NCBI GenBank assembly: GCA_947588855.1 | Contig: CANQBN010000001.1 | Span: 1 to 52,916 of the forward strand | DNA from: an uncultured Lachnospiraceae bacterium | GTDB taxonomy: Bacteria > Bacillota > Clostridia > Lachnospirales > Lachnospiraceae | DNA length: 52,916 bases | Reading direction: 5' to 3' | Part shown: in pieces, positions 38,571 to 48,921 of the stretch | Numbering within the stretch: position 1 is the first letter of the stretch | How the letters are laid out: every line of letters begins with the position of its first letter | The notes under the pieces: generated by a model | Told to the model about the DNA's origin: nothing | Databases searched by the model: none | Seen by the model: only the letters and a program-made list of their open reading frames with translations | Program-made: the position numbers and the translations under genes

Positions 38571-39858
38571 TCTCTTTCCCTTTCCTGCAAGCCCACAATC
38601 CTCCAGCCACAAATCCTGCCGCCATAACCGCCATCAAAATCAAATAGGCGCATGCAGCTCCGTAAATCCCTCTCTTCACAACCATCGCAGGCGCAAGCGC
38701 CGCCGCTGCCGCTGTAAGAACCACATAGATGCCAAATATAATTTTCTGTCTGCGAAGGATCACAAGCACATAATAGTACAGATTCAAAACAGCATAAAAT
38801 CCCCCGCCAAGCACCACAATTATAAACGGCAGATGGTACTGAGCCAGACTCCCTTCATAGGATGGCCCCAAAAGTCTTTCCATGATTTTGAGAACCGGCC
38901 TGCCCAAAAAACATGTCAGCGCCACCGCAAACATGCTTAAAGCCCAGATCAGCGCCGTTATTTTTCCAAGCAGCCGTTCAAAAGCCCCGTAATCTTTGCC
39001 GTTCCAATAATCCGTCAGATAAGTCAATACTGGACGAATCACAAAACCCGCGGCAAGATTGATAACTGACGTCGGCATAAATATCACATTGAAATAACCC
39101 GACGCCGCGTCATCCATGTATGCGTCTATAGCATATTTTGACGCTGAAAAGATATAAAAATCCAAAAACACAGATAAAAAAAGAAGAAATGCCGCTTTCG
39201 TCAGAGGAACCGCGCGGCTGAAATCCCCTCTGGTATCTATCTCCGGCATTCTTTTCAATACCGTCACGTCAAAAATCAAAACCCCTGCTGCCTGGGCCGC
39301 CACCGCTGCAGCGCAGGCTGCTGTCAGGCTTTGGCAGACCAGCAGAGCGGCTAGAAACACGCTTACCGACAATATCGTCCGAAACGCATTGGACTTGCCG
39401 GTCAAATGGAGATTTCCGCTCCGCTGAAACTCTGATTCATATACATCTGCAAATCCGTCTATGACCTTATAACACACCAGCAAAAACACCGCCAGTGCTT
39501 TCCGGGCCGTATAGCCGCTGTGCAGAAGAAACAGCAGTCCTGCAAGTACAGCCAGGCCGCAGGTCAGATACCTGTGCCGCAGATAATCACCAAACCGGTA
39601 TTCTCCGGTTCCGTCAGTAATCTGAAAAGGACGCAGGCCAAAATACGCCACGATAAACATCTGCTGGCCTAAGGTACTGTAACCGAAAGCAAAAACTCCG
39701 CCTTCATCCTCCCCCGCAATTCTCATGACAAGGAATGCCAGAACCATACTGGCAAAGGCATAGCAAAAGCTGCCTATCATATTCCATACAATATTCTGCT
39801 TTTCCTTGTCAGAGCCGGTCTTCATAAGAAAACCCGCCCATCGGTCAGCCAGGCTCAT
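38563..39858 (-). CDS. Wzx/MOP-family flippase
   Basis: About 12 hydrophobic segments, NIVWNMIGS, located within the glycan locus. Confidence 0.78.
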   Translation of the reverse strand: MSLADRWAGFLMKTGSDKEKQNIVWNMIGSFCYAFASMVLAFLVMRIAGEDEGGVFAFGYSTLGQQMFIVAYFGLRPFQITDGTGEYRFGDYLRHRYLTCGLAVLAGLLFLLHSGYTARKALAVFLLVCYKVIDGFADVYESEFQRSGNLHLTGKSNAFRTILSVSVFLAALLVCQSLTAACAAAVAAQAAGVLIFDVTVLKRMPEIDTRGDFSRAVPLTKAAFLLFLSVFLDFYIFSASKYAIDAYMDDAASGYFNVIFMPTSVINLAAGFVIRPVLTYLTDYWNGKDYGAFERLLGKITALIWALSMFAVALTCFLGRPVLKIMERLLGPSYEGSLAQYHLPFIIVVLGGGFYAVLNLYYYVLVILRRQKIIFGIYVVLTAAAAALAPAMVVKRGIYGAACAYLILMAVMAAGFVAGGLWACRKGKENG

Positions 39859-39883
39859 GAGCCTTTCTTCTCCTTCCCCGGGA

Positions 39884-40579
39884 TCAACGTTTGCGGAAAT
39901 TCTGTATCAAAAAAATGGATAAAAGCATCCGCACCATATAATTAACCGCCACTGTCGGCTTCAAATAGCTTTCTCCGCCCTGACGGGAAATGATCACCAC
40001 AGGCACTTCCGCCACTTTTGCTCCCTGTTTCAGCAAGTATGAAATCGTATCCGGTTCCGGTCCGTAATTCAGCTTTAATGCAAACTCGCTGATCATCCTT
40101 CGATTAAACATCCTCATGCCTGAAGTGGGATCCATTACCTGCACACCTGTAGTCAGGCGGATCGCTGCCGAAATCATACGGCTTCCGATCATTCGCATGG
40201 AAACGTCCTTATGTCCCTCCACAAAACGGCTTCCGATGACAATATCATAACCTTCTTCCATCTTCTTCCGCATAGGTTCGATAAACTCAGGACGATGCTG
40301 TCCATCTCCGTCAAACTGAATCGCGCAGTCATATCCCTGCTGATACGCATATTTCATTCCCGCCTGAAAACATCCCGCCAGGCCAAGATTCACCGGCAGA
40401 TTCAGAAGGTTATATCCCTTTTCGTGGCAAATCGTGGCTGTCCGGTCTGTGGAACCGTCATTGACCACAATATAATCAAACTGCGGGCAGCTTTTTATCA
40501 GCCCTTCAACCGCTGCCTCAATATTGGCTTCTTCATTAAATGCCGGTATGATCACCAGCACTCTCTCAAGCTGAGTCAT
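39884..40579 (-). CDS. GT2 polyprenol-phosphate glycosyltransferase (DPM1/GacI-like)
   Basis: IIPAFNEE, VNDGSTD, NLG, QFDGDGQH, DIVIGSRF, DPTSGMR, RQGGES. Confidence 0.9.
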   Translation of the reverse strand: MTQLERVLVIIPAFNEEANIEAAVEGLIKSCPQFDYIVVNDGSTDRTATICHEKGYNLLNLPVNLGLAGCFQAGMKYAYQQGYDCAIQFDGDGQHRPEFIEPMRKKMEEGYDIVIGSRFVEGHKDVSMRMIGSRMISAAIRLTTGVQVMDPTSGMRMFNRRMISEFALKLNYGPEPDTISYLLKQGAKVAEVPVVIISRQGGESYLKPTVAVNYMVRMLLSIFLIQNFRKR

Positions 40580-40632
40580 CTTCTCTCCTGTCCTTCCAAC
40601 GCCCGGCGGCACCGGAGCCCGTTTACAGATTC

Positions 40633-41742
40633 CTACTCCAGTATGATATCACATATCATATCCACAATCTCCGGCTCCAGATCCGCGTAGATCGGCAGTG
40701 TCAGTACTTTCCGGGAGATTTCCGCCGCCACAGGCGTATCCGCTTCGCTGAAACGTCCCTTATAACAGTCAAAATTATTGATACATGGATAAAAATATTT
40801 CCGGGCATGAATATCATAAGCGGCCAGTTCTGCGAATATCCGGTCCCGGTCCTTTCTGTATCCGTCAAAAACCACCGGCATATAGGCGTAATTATAGCGG
40901 ACCCTCGGATTCTCCGGACACAGCCGGATTCCCTCCACTCCGCCGAGCCTCCGGCGATACTGCATGGCCAGCTCCTTCCTCTTCCTGATCTCTCCATCCA
41001 CATAGCGCAGATTACAGATTCCCATAGCCGCCTGGAACTCATTCATCTTCCCATTGGTCCCTACGGAATCCACTTTTTCATAGTCGGTAATTCCAAAATT
41101 CTTAAGCTCATACAATACAGGAGCCAGCTCCGGATCGCGGAATACCGCAGCTCCGCCCTCAATGCTGTGAAACACCTTTGTAGCGTGAAAACTGAACATG
41201 GACGCGTCGCCAAAAGTTCCCACTCCCCGCCCGTCATAGGTTTCCCCGAACGTATGAGCCGCGTCATAAATTACCTTCAGTCCATGCCGTCCGGCTATCT
41301 CTTCTATCCGCTCCACATCGCAGATATTTCCATACACATGAACCGGCACGATCGCTGAAGTTCTGTCTGTGATCAGCGTTTCCAGCTTATTCACGTCAAT
41401 CGTATAATCTGCTGCGTTAATATCGCAGAATACAGGAGTCAGTCCGTTTCTCACAATCGCATGAGTTGTTGACGCGAAGCTGAACGGAGTAGTAATGACC
41501 TCACCGCTTAAATCCATAGCCTGGAGCAGCAGTTCCAAAGCCATATGGCCATTGACAAACAGCTCCAGATTGGGCGTCTGAAGATACTCTTTCAGCAAAA
41601 CCGCAAACCTCTTATGATATTGTCCCATATTGGTCAGCCAGGCGCTGTCCCACAGCGGTTTCAGCATCTCCGTATATTCCTCCAGAGGCGGAAGAGACGA
41701 CCGGGTTACCAGTATGGGATGGGCAGGTTTCTTTCTTTTCAT
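40633..41742 (-). CDS. DegT/DnrJ/EryC1/StrS sugar aminotransferase (VioA-like)
   Basis: VITTPFSF, PVHVYG, YDAAH, SFHATKVF (PLP lysine), EGG, NGKMNEFQAAMG. Confidence 0.93.
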   Translation of the reverse strand: MKRKKPAHPILVTRSSLPPLEEYTEMLKPLWDSAWLTNMGQYHKRFAVLLKEYLQTPNLELFVNGHMALELLLQAMDLSGEVITTPFSFASTTHAIVRNGLTPVFCDINAADYTIDVNKLETLITDRTSAIVPVHVYGNICDVERIEEIAGRHGLKVIYDAAHTFGETYDGRGVGTFGDASMFSFHATKVFHSIEGGAAVFRDPELAPVLYELKNFGITDYEKVDSVGTNGKMNEFQAAMGICNLRYVDGEIRKRKELAMQYRRRLGGVEGIRLCPENPRVRYNYAYMPVVFDGYRKDRDRIFAELAAYDIHARKYFYPCINNFDCYKGRFSEADTPVAAEISRKVLTLPIYADLEPEIVDMICDIILE

Positions 41743-41762
41743 ACTATCTTCTATCCTTGTTA

Positions 41763-42758
41763 TTATTCAATCTTCATGCAGTATTCCGTATATCGTTTTG
41801 CCAGATACTGATTCCTGATCTCACCCGGTTCGTCCAGACGCTCTCTGGTAAAACACCGCATATGGTTCCGCACCATATCATAACCCGCCATGCACGAGAA
41901 AGCGACTCCGCCGGAAAATCTGGGATTGCATTCCATAAAATACCAGTTCCCTGCGCTCTCTTCAATAAACTCAAAATTCACGCAGCCGCAAATATCCAGC
42001 GCATTGGCGACGGCAGCGCATACTTTCTCCAGATTTTCATCCCGAAATACATAAACCGAGGTTCCCGCCCCATTAGGCGTCCGTAAAAGTTCCCGCCTGG
42101 GCAGGCAGGCTACCTGCCTGGTTGCAGGATTTCTCACCACATCCACGGTAATTACATACCCGGGTATCTTCGGCTGTACCAGATAGAAATCCGTCATAAT
42201 TCTCATACGGCTCATAATCATTCTCATCTGATCCGCATCTTCCACTATGGTAAGTCCCTGACTGCTGCGCCCATTATCCGGTTTCAGAACCACAGGATAA
42301 TAAAGCAGTTCATATCCTGTATCAGCCTCCGTGTCCATCACTTCCGTCAGTCTTTTGGTAGGAATGATCCTGCATGTCTTTTGGTTCTCCAGAAACTCTG
42401 CAAGCCGTCCTTTATCACGGCACAGTCCAACCGCACGGACCGAAGACAGACAAATCACGACTCCCAGCTTTGCAGCCGTATCCCTCCAGTCATTAACAGC
42501 ATCTACTTCCACATCCGTCAGGGGCACCAGATAATCTACTTTGTTCTCACGGCAAACCCGCTCCAGAAATAACAAATAAGCTTCATTATCCGATGCATAC
42601 GGCGCCTGAAAGAAGCGTTCCACTTCCATAGAGGCCACAATCCACTCGGCCGGATAAATATCACAACCAAGCACGCGATATCCCATGTTTTTATAACCCT
42701 GAATGACTGTCTCTGCCGAGAAAGAACCGACAGCAGTCACCAGTACCGTCTTTTTCAT
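41763..42758 (-). CDS. ATP-grasp protein (carbamoyl-phosphate-synthase-like ligase)
   Basis: CRDK, YPVVLKP..GRSSQG, VQPKIPG, ECNPRFSGG. Confidence 0.87.
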   Translation of the reverse strand: MKKTVLVTAVGSFSAETVIQGYKNMGYRVLGCDIYPAEWIVASMEVERFFQAPYASDNEAYLLFLERVCRENKVDYLVPLTDVEVDAVNDWRDTAAKLGVVICLSSVRAVGLCRDKGRLAEFLENQKTCRIIPTKRLTEVMDTEADTGYELLYYPVVLKPDNGRSSQGLTIVEDADQMRMIMSRMRIMTDFYLVQPKIPGYVITVDVVRNPATRQVACLPRRELLRTPNGAGTSVYVFRDENLEKVCAAVANALDICGCVNFEFIEESAGNWYFMECNPRFSGGVAFSCMAGYDMVRNHMRCFTRERLDEPGEIRNQYLAKRYTEYCMKIE

Positions 42759-42785
42759 TCCGCGGATACTCCTTCCTCCAGCTCC

Positions 42786-43805
42786 TTACTTCTTCTGCCC
42801 CAGATGATACAGCCGGAATAAAAATCTGTAAATTCCCGGCGCAGCCGTCTCCAGACGGATGAAAAACCGGGTTCTGAAATTTAATTCCCGATAGAATTCC
42901 CGGTACTTTTCCGACAGAACCAGCTTATAATCCTTGTTATTGATCTTCGTGAGAAAATAAATCCGTCTGACAGCTCTCAGGACTTCCTCATGAAACCGCT
43001 GCCCGGTCATCTTGTCAAATTCCCGGTACATCTCCTTCATCTGAAGATAATAACGCCGTGATTTTTCCTCCTGATCATCCTTCTTCATCAGCTCCGTCCA
43101 GGAATACATGCCTCCCAGCCGATAAACACACATAGGCCTGTCCATATAATAAGCCCATCCACACGCGGCCGCCATAAGCTGAAGAGGGATATCCGCTATC
43201 GGCGCTTTCACATAAAACGCAGGCAGCTCTTTTACCATGTCGGTCCGAAACAAAAGGGATGCCGTAGGATAGCCGGAAATCTTATCAATTATTTTCTCCG
43301 GAGCAATTTTCATGCTTCGCCGGTACGGACGCATACTCCTCTCAGTAAACGCTCTTCCCTCAACATTAATCTTCGCGCTGTGAAATACAAGAGAACAATC
43401 CGGATTGGCCTCCATAAAATCCACCTGTTTCTGCAGCTTGCAGGGGTCTGTCCAGTAATCATCACCTTCGCACATGGCGATATACCGGCCCCTGGCGCGG
43501 GGAAAGTTATACGTCCCGCTGATATTGGTAAATCCCCTGGAATACTGATTCTCCGTCTGAAAAACCGGCTTTATCACCTCAGGATACCGCTCCGCATATT
43601 CCCGGATAATATCCGCTGTCCGATCTGTAGACGCGTCATCATGAATCAGCACCTCAAAGGGAAACGTCGTTTTCTGACTCATAAATCCATCCAGAGCTGC
43701 GCGGATATATTGTTCCTGATTATAAGTAAGGCAGCAGACGCTGACCATGACCTGCCCACATTCCAAAGGCATCCTGTTTCCCCCAGTTCTTCCGTTTTTT
43801 TCCAT
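42786..43805 (-). CDS. GT2 glycosyltransferase
   Basis: VSVCCLTYN, HDDASTD, CEGDDYW...KLQKQ. Confidence 0.92.
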   Translation of the reverse strand: MEKNGRTGGNRMPLECGQVMVSVCCLTYNQEQYIRAALDGFMSQKTTFPFEVLIHDDASTDRTADIIREYAERYPEVIKPVFQTENQYSRGFTNISGTYNFPRARGRYIAMCEGDDYWTDPCKLQKQVDFMEANPDCSLVFHSAKINVEGRAFTERSMRPYRRSMKIAPEKIIDKISGYPTASLLFRTDMVKELPAFYVKAPIADIPLQLMAAACGWAYYMDRPMCVYRLGGMYSWTELMKKDDQEEKSRRYYLQMKEMYREFDKMTGQRFHEEVLRAVRRIYFLTKINNKDYKLVLSEKYREFYRELNFRTRFFIRLETAAPGIYRFLFRLYHLGQKK

Positions 43806-43956
43806 TATGGCATGAAATTCTTAATTTCTTTATTCTATATTTTTTCATTTTGCTTACAATTCTACCATGACACAACAAAAAAGTAAATTGTATATGGCAT
43901 TTTCCCTCTAAATGTGGTAGATTAAGTAATGTATACCAATAGAGGAGGGGTTTTCT

Positions 43957-45510
43957 ATGCGTAAGACTCTGAAAAATATTTTAATCACAGCTCTATCGGC
44001 CGCAATGGTACTGGGACAGGCTGCCACTGCACTTGCTACCGAGTCGTCTGTCACGCAGGGACCGGGAGCAGCGCTTCCGCAGTCCATCACGGGCGAATCA
44101 GTCGGTCCGGGCTTTGCCAACCTGCCTCCCGAAACTGTCGGCCCTGGCGTTTCCGGTCCCGGCAGCGAGAATACAGAGAGTACTCCGACCGAGCAGCCGG
44201 AGACAGAAGTTCCGGCCGAACAGCCGAATATAGAGCTCCCTGCCGATATTCAACAGCGTGTTAATGATGCCCACGTCTCCGTCACTCTGTTAAGACCGGA
44301 GCAAACCTGGACTGACGTTATCTATGCAAGTCCTGAGGGTGCGTCCGTCACCGCAGAGCAGGGCTTTATGTCCATGTCAATTTATCCCATGAGCCTCCCC
44401 GGAGATGTCCTCTACAGGACCTACTGCTCTTCGACCGGCTGGTCAAGATGGGTCATGAACGGGGCGCACTCCCCCTGGAACGCCGGAGTACTGGTAGAGG
44501 CGGTTCAGATCCGCCTGAACGGCGTTATCAACGATTACTATGACCTCAGCTATGCTGCCACATTGTCCGACGGCACCACCTGCGGATGGTCATACAACGG
44601 CGATACCAACGGTACCATGGCTGCAGGCAAATATATTACCGGACTGCAGGTTTATCTGACCCGTAAGGGAGTTCACAGCGCCAACAAGTCAAACAATCGT
44701 GTAGTTTGCGCGTCTTCCTATGATGGAATTCAGTTTGGCGACGGACTTCCTGTGTATGTAAACGGTACCGGCGAACCCTTTACGGGCTGGGCGTGGGATT
44801 GCAATAACCGTTATTATTTTGTAGACAATAATGCCGTTACCGGCTGGCAGTATATCGATGGCTACAAATACTATTTCGATGAAAGCGGTAAACTGGTTAC
44901 CGATCTGGAACCGATTATCGGCGCCGGCGGCCCTTACCTGATCAAAATAAATAAGCAGATGAACTGTACCACCGTATATGTTCAGGATGGCGGCAACGGC
45001 TACATTATTCCGCTGAAGAGCTTCCTGTGCTCTACCGGCGACGATACGCCGATTGGAACATTCCACACACCGGAAAAATATCGCTGGCATCTGATGATCC
45101 ACGATGTATATTGCCAGTACCTGACCCGTCTGGGCTCCGGGCTTCATATCCTGCTTCACTCTGCGGTTTACAATGCACCCAACGCCAATGCTTTGCAGAC
45201 AGACACTTATAATTACATGGGTGTGGCGCGCTCAGCCGGATGTATTCGCTTTATGACCAAAGACTGTAAATGGATTTACGATAATTGTCCTCTGGGCACC
45301 ACGATTCAAGTTTACAATTCTTCGATTCCCGGTCCTTATGAGAGACCCTGTGTACCGGAACTGATCTCGTTGAATCAGACCTGGGATCCGACAGATCCTG
45401 ATGCCATAGCACAGCATCAGCCTGCGGCAGCGGCACCTGTCATTACGGAAACCGAAATAGATACGAATCCGGACAATGCGGCAACAGACACAGAATTCTG
45501 GTCCGCCTGA
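43957..45510 (+). CDS. Secreted L,D-transpeptidase (YkuD) with ChW-like and cell-wall-binding repeats
   Basis: Signal peptide, Pro/Glu/GPG linker, GW...EAVQIRL repeats, GWQYIDGYKYYFD, CSTG..TPIG and LHS...SAGCIR. Confidence 0.88.
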   Translation: MRKTLKNILITALSAAMVLGQAATALATESSVTQGPGAALPQSITGESVGPGFANLPPETVGPGVSGPGSENTESTPTEQPETEVPAEQPNIELPADIQQRVNDAHVSVTLLRPEQTWTDVIYASPEGASVTAEQGFMSMSIYPMSLPGDVLYRTYCSSTGWSRWVMNGAHSPWNAGVLVEAVQIRLNGVINDYYDLSYAATLSDGTTCGWSYNGDTNGTMAAGKYITGLQVYLTRKGVHSANKSNNRVVCASSYDGIQFGDGLPVYVNGTGEPFTGWAWDCNNRYYFVDNNAVTGWQYIDGYKYYFDESGKLVTDLEPIIGAGGPYLIKINKQMNCTTVYVQDGGNGYIIPLKSFLCSTGDDTPIGTFHTPEKYRWHLMIHDVYCQYLTRLGSGLHILLHSAVYNAPNANALQTDTYNYMGVARSAGCIRFMTKDCKWIYDNCPLGTTIQVYNSSIPGPYERPCVPELISLNQTWDPTDPDAIAQHQPAAAAPVITETEIDTNPDNAATDTEFWSA

Positions 45511-45567
45511 TTCCAGTATACAAACTTGTGACTGAGCAGCAGCAAAGAAGTGTCCCTCATTATGAAA

Positions 45568-47028
45568 TCATGATTGAGGGACACTTCTCTTCATATTTCT
45601 GACAGTCTCTTCCAGATACTGAAAACTTTCCAGCCGCAGCAGCCATGCCAATCCGACATATATAAATACACCGGCTGAAATCTGAATTCCCAGCTTCATC
45701 CATACCCCGCCGGGAAGAATAAGCTGCAGCCCGTACACACACAGACACATAACCGCTGAAAGCATTATAGAAGGGGCGATATCTCTCAGCTGCTGGCTTA
45801 TACTGTATCCCAGCAGTTTTTTATTGGGCCAGGCATTAATAAACACACATATAAAATCAACCGCGGCCTTGATCGAGATCAGAACAATCGGACTGTATCG
45901 GATTCCAATTATCAGACCGACAATGCCCACTGCCTTTTTGATTACCTCCAGCCGAAGGAAAATATCACTCCTCCCAACCGCGTTGATTGCCTGAAGATTC
46001 GTAATATGAATCGGATAAAACGCGTACGCGATACACATGATCCGCAGATAAGGAACACAGACGGACCACTTTTCTCCGAGAAGGGCAAGTACCATGGTAT
46101 CAGCGACACCAATAAGACCGAACAGCATGGGCAGTACCAGAAACGAACTGGTACGGACGGCTCTGCTCACCATGCTTTTTACAAGCGCCGCATCTTCCTG
46201 CCTGGAAGAAAAAGCCGGCAAAAGCACAGCCTGAATAGCCGCGCTCAGATTCGTCGTAATCAGCTTGGGAAACTGTTCTCCCCTATTATAAGCTCCCAGC
46301 ATCTCATCATTATAAATCTTCCCCATAATCAGGCCGTATAGATTAGTAAAAACCGTATCAATCAGAGAGGCCAGCAAAAGCTTCCAGCCAAAAGACAGCA
46401 GCCGGCGGATTCGATTGAGGGAAAAACACAAAGCAGGTCTCCAGGTTACGCTGATAAACAAGCTGATCATCAACGCTGCATAATAGACAATCTGCTGCCC
46501 TACCATTGCCCATACCCCATAACCGGTATAGGCCATTGTGATACTCACAACACCAGATACCACCACAGCGGCCATCGTAGCCAGAAACAAACCGCGAAAC
46601 TCCATCCGTCTGGATACATAAGCCGTCTGAACGGAAATAACCGCCCCCGGGAACAATACGACCGCCAGCACCCGGACAATACGTCCCAGCAGCGGATTAT
46701 CATAAAATCTGCCGATGGCCGGAGCAGCCAGGTACAGAATCAGATAAATGACCGCTGCCATAGCCAGGCTGAAATAAAATACCGAAGAAAAATCCGTTTC
46801 ATCAGAATTTTTCTTCTGAATCAGCGCCGTACTGAATCCATTCTGCACCAACACATTGGCGATGATAATAAAAATCATGATAATTCCGACCTGACCGTAT
46901 TCCGCAGGACTTAAGAGTCTGGCCAGAATAATGGCAACCACAAACTGAAGGCCCTGGGCTCCGCCGTTCTCCAGGACTTTCCAAAAAAGGCCTTTCATAA
47001 TTTTATTCTTTATCTCTGTATTCGCCAA
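45568..47028 (-). CDS. wzx: Wzx-family polysaccharide flippase
   Basis: ILARLLSPAEYG, GFSTALIQ, WRP...FG.KLL, ALLGEKW. Likely TTG start at 47028 after GGAGAG. Confidence 0.88.
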   Translation of the reverse strand: MANTEIKNKIMKGLFWKVLENGGAQGLQFVVAIILARLLSPAEYGQVGIIMIFIIIANVLVQNGFSTALIQKKNSDETDFSSVFYFSLAMAAVIYLILYLAAPAIGRFYDNPLLGRIVRVLAVVLFPGAVISVQTAYVSRRMEFRGLFLATMAAVVVSGVVSITMAYTGYGVWAMVGQQIVYYAALMISLFISVTWRPALCFSLNRIRRLLSFGWKLLLASLIDTVFTNLYGLIMGKIYNDEMLGAYNRGEQFPKLITTNLSAAIQAVLLPAFSSRQEDAALVKSMVSRAVRTSSFLVLPMLFGLIGVADTMVLALLGEKWSVCVPYLRIMCIAYAFYPIHITNLQAINAVGRSDIFLRLEVIKKAVGIVGLIIGIRYSPIVLISIKAAVDFICVFINAWPNKKLLGYSISQQLRDIAPSIMLSAVMCLCVYGLQLILPGGVWMKLGIQISAGVFIYVGLAWLLRLESFQYLEETVRNMKRSVPQS

Positions 47029-47039
47029 CGTATTCTCTC

Positions 47040-47915
47040 CTATATCTTCAGGCATTTCCCCAACAGGGCCGCCGCATAATCCTCCAGAAGGATTCCCCCA
47101 AACCACAGACGCGCGGCTATCTTCTGCCAGCTGTTTATATGCAGATAACGCTCCATATAATACATCTCGCTTTGATTGCGTATCCGCTGTCTGGCCGTAA
47201 GAGTATCATAAGCTTTACTAATGGAAACAGAGTGTTCATGGCGATACCGCTGATTCAAAAGCAATACCATACGATACCCGCCGGCCCGCATTCTTTGTCC
47301 CAGAACTGCCTCCTCCTGATAAAGAAATATGTTCTCATCGTATCCACCGCAATCCAGGAATGCCTTTCCGTTCACCATCAGCATGGAGCCATGTACCGCG
47401 TCAACATAAACGGCCTTTTTCCCGCGGAAATATTTTTCGGGATAATTCAGGAATCTGCCGAATACCCGCCGGCTGACAGGCCCCATGCTCAAAAGCTCTC
47501 CCCCAAAACCGCGCAGTTTCCAACCGTTCATCTGGCCGCCGTACACTGCGTCTTCTACAATCGCGGATGCAGCTCCGATATCCGGTCTGGCTTCCAGAAC
47601 ACGCGCCAGACACCGAACACATTCTTCCGAAAAAATCACATCAGGATTGGCAATTAAAATCTGCGACATTCCCAGCTGCTCCACACTGTAGCGAATCCCC
47701 ATATTATTTCCGGATCCGTACCCGCCGTTTTTCTCTGCCAGAAGAACAGTCACTTTTTCATCTTTCATCCTCAGGAGCTGCTGATAGGAATCGTCGGATG
47801 ACGCATTATCCACCAGAACAATATGTTTCAATATCTTATAATCATGAATTCTTTCCACCAGGGTTTTCACGGTGGGCCAGTCATTGTAATTCAAAATAAC
47901 ACAGCTTACGTTCAC
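47040..47915 (-). CDS. GT2 glycosyltransferase
   Basis: VILNYN, VDNASSD, NGGYGSGNN.G, NPD, DENIFLYQEE. Confidence 0.9.
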   Translation of the reverse strand: MNVSCVILNYNDWPTVKTLVERIHDYKILKHIVLVDNASSDDSYQQLLRMKDEKVTVLLAEKNGGYGSGNNMGIRYSVEQLGMSQILIANPDVIFSEECVRCLARVLEARPDIGAASAIVEDAVYGGQMNGWKLRGFGGELLSMGPVSRRVFGRFLNYPEKYFRGKKAVYVDAVHGSMLMVNGKAFLDCGGYDENIFLYQEEAVLGQRMRAGGYRMVLLLNQRYRHEHSVSISKAYDTLTARQRIRNQSEMYYMERYLHINSWQKIAARLWFGGILLEDYAAALLGKCLKI

Positions 47916-47930
47916 AAGTCATATTCCCTT

Positions 47931-48914
47931 CTATTTTCTGCCCGGAGACGGTATGGTAACACACTGGGCCCAGGTCTGAATCACTGAGCTTTTATAAAAA
48001 TGATTCCGGGCAATATTACGCGCCCGTCCTATGGGCGACTGCAGCGGCAATGCCAGATACGCGGAAAGAACCGCCTGCTGTCCATCGCTTAGATAGTTAT
48101 CGTAGGTTTTCGAAAATGCTTTCGCCTGCGCGAACATTCGCCGGTAATTCCGGGCTACTTCCCCGCTTCGTCCCAGACGTTCCACGGCGTCCTTCAATAT
48201 TCCGGTCTCCTTCGCTCCCATCACATTATCCTCATGCTGCCGGTAGCTGTACAACGGCTCGTCTATCCACTCGATAACTCCGAAACAAGAGGCGGCCAGC
48301 GCAATCCACCAGTCATGCATACAGCAGTCTGACGGAACGGTCCGTACCAGCTCAAGAAGACTGCGGTTCATCATCATGGCTCCTCCTGTCACGGGATTTT
48401 CTGTCAGAATCTGAGCCAGCGCAGTCCTTTCCGGGCGGCACTTGCTGTATCTTACAAAACTCGGCGAAATCTGCCTAAGATTCCGGTCTGTCACCTCCAT
48501 GTCAGAAAAGGCCAGAACCGGTATTTTCTCTGGGCCGCGGGCCTCCACCGACTTTATCCGGTCAAGAAGCTTTTCCGCCTTATCCGGTCTCCACACATCA
48601 TCCTGATCGCTGAGCATCACATAATCTGCATCCGCCAGAGACAACAGCCAGAAAAAGTTCATAGCCGCCGCCGGCACCCTCCCCGGGCGATCTCCAAATT
48701 CTCCGCTTTTGTCCCGATTCCTTACCCGGACACGCCACGGAAATTTTCGCTCATATTCCCGCAAAATATCCAGAGTTCCATCAGCAGAACCGTCATCCGA
48801 CACAAGAATATCAATATCCGGAATCGTCTGGTTCAGAATCGAATCCAGCTGTTCGCTTATATAGTTCTCTCCGTTATAAGATGCCAAAAGCACCTCGATC
48901 CGCTGCTCTCTCAT
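47931..48914 (-). CDS. GT2 glycosyltransferase, RgpB/RfbC-like rhamnosyltransferase
   Basis: LLASYNGE, DDGS.DGT, SDQDDVW..DK, HDWW, YRQH..N. Confidence 0.9.
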   Translation of the reverse strand: MREQRIEVLLASYNGENYISEQLDSILNQTIPDIDILVSDDGSADGTLDILREYERKFPWRVRVRNRDKSGEFGDRPGRVPAAAMNFFWLLSLADADYVMLSDQDDVWRPDKAEKLLDRIKSVEARGPEKIPVLAFSDMEVTDRNLRQISPSFVRYSKCRPERTALAQILTENPVTGGAMMMNRSLLELVRTVPSDCCMHDWWIALAASCFGVIEWIDEPLYSYRQHEDNVMGAKETGILKDAVERLGRSGEVARNYRRMFAQAKAFSKTYDNYLSDGQQAVLSAYLALPLQSPIGRARNIARNHFYKSSVIQTWAQCVTIPSPGRK

Positions 48915-48921
48915 TGCGCTC

